A stretch of DNA of 25,198 bases from a virus. Lineage: Duplodnaviria > Caudoviricetes. The translations under genes were made by a program, and so were the position numbers. How positions within the stretch are numbered: the first letter of the stretch is position 1; the number at the start of each line of letters is the position of its first letter. Where the stretch lies: positions 1 to 25,198 of the IMG/VR virus record IMGVR_UViG_3300004241_000049. The stretch is one strand, 5' to 3'. Below are positions 24,567 through 25,198 of this stretch, one piece after another. The notes below the pieces were generated by a model, which was not told where the DNA came from, did no database searches, and saw nothing but the letters and a program-made list of their open reading frames with translations.

Positions 24567-25198
24567 ATCGCTTTCCTTTCTTCATTCACTTCAACAAAGT
24601 TTGCCCTTACAAGGGCTTGAGAGAGCGGCGGGCAGACGGAATTCCCGCACATTCTCATTTGTTCGGCACGGTTCAGGGCAATTACTTGGTGCGGTTCGTC
24701 GCAGGTAATGCCCCTGTCTATTATATAGTCAGACGGGAAGCCTTGCGCCAAATAGCACTCTCTGGGCGTGAGCATACGCAACCCCACATCGTAAATTACA
24801 AGCTCGCCAACCTGGGCAAACTCCCCGTCAATCTTTACGCCATATCCGCGCAGCCATGCCGCAACCGCGCGCGCCTTTACGGCAATTTCGGGCGTAAGCG
24901 GCTCTACCTCAAAAACTGTTTGCGCACACGCAAAGCGGTCTTTTGTTGTAACTGTGCGGCACGGGCTCTTTATACTCTGTCCGTCCGTCTCGCTGCCATA
25001 ATACGGCACTAAGGCGCAAGAGATTAACTGTTGTTGACTGCCCGATTGCGTTAAAGTGCTTAACGGTGCTCCACCCTTCCTGCCGACTGCTCCCAAGTTT
25101 TGTTGAGCGACATAACACGCAATAACTCCGTGATGTGCCCCGCTTGCGGTTATGGTATGCAATGGGGTCTTTGAGCTTTGTCCTATATTTGTGCCGCG
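24563..25198 (-). CDS. DNA cytosine-C5 methyltransferase, 3' part (5' end outside window)
   Basis: Motif IX LRMLTPRECYLAQGFP and motif X QMRMCGNSVCPP; TRD-like P..T[IVL]T repeats. The frame stays open to the window edge (RGTNIGQSSKTPLHTIT). Confidence 0.9.
   Translation of the reverse strand, partial: RGTNIGQSSKTPLHTITASGAHHGVIACYVAQQNLGAVGRKGGAPLSTLTQSGSQQQLISCALVPYYGSETDGQSIKSPCRTVTTKDRFACAQTVFEVEPLTPEIAVKARAVAAWLRGYGVKIDGEFAQVGELVIYDVGLRMLTPRECYLAQGFPSDYIIDRGITCDEPHQVIALNRAEQMRMCGNSVCPPLSQALVRANFVEVNEERKAI

Larger units (their letters stand above)
39..25198 (-). mobile_element. Temperate siphovirus-like prophage (replication, packaging, head and tail modules); continues beyond the right edge of the window
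   Basis: Continuous co-oriented run of phage replication, terminase, portal, capsid and tape-measure genes with overlapping start/stop codons, ending at a tRNA/tmRNA 3' fragment at 39-60. Confidence 0.95.

Noticed and set aside
274-24708. Numerous plus-strand ORFs (e.g. 274-900, 1143-1838, 14031-14666, 18777-19451, 20665-21273)
   Set aside because: Antisense shadows of well-supported minus-strand genes, with no recognisable motifs.

Overview
This window is almost entirely one arm of a temperate, long-tailed (siphovirus-like) prophage, transcribed on the minus strand. From right to left it holds: the 3' part of a C5 DNA methyltransferase, an ASCH-like protein, RusA, an SF2 helicase, a primase-helicase, an iteron/palindrome-rich putative replication origin, lambda-type terminase subunits, a small HTH protein, a lambda-type portal, a Mu I-like protease/scaffold, an epsilon15/BPP-1-like capsid and cement, neck genes and the tail tube. 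An atypical block follows (paralogous tail-appendage proteins, four signal-peptide/lipoprotein genes, two holin-like genes), then the frameshifted tail chaperone, the tape measure and one last gene. The element ends at a displaced 3' fragment of an alanine-accepting RNA gene (tmRNA or tRNA-Ala, 39-60), which marks the att junction. Most notable: (i) a late region with no recognisable endolysin but a coupled cluster of exported proteins; (ii) an internally duplicated tail tube protein; (iii) five exactly 10-bp-phased repeats upstream of a promoter with a poor -35, inside the HTH gene; (iv) strong GATC depletion. All family calls come from motif recognition and gene order, not database searches.
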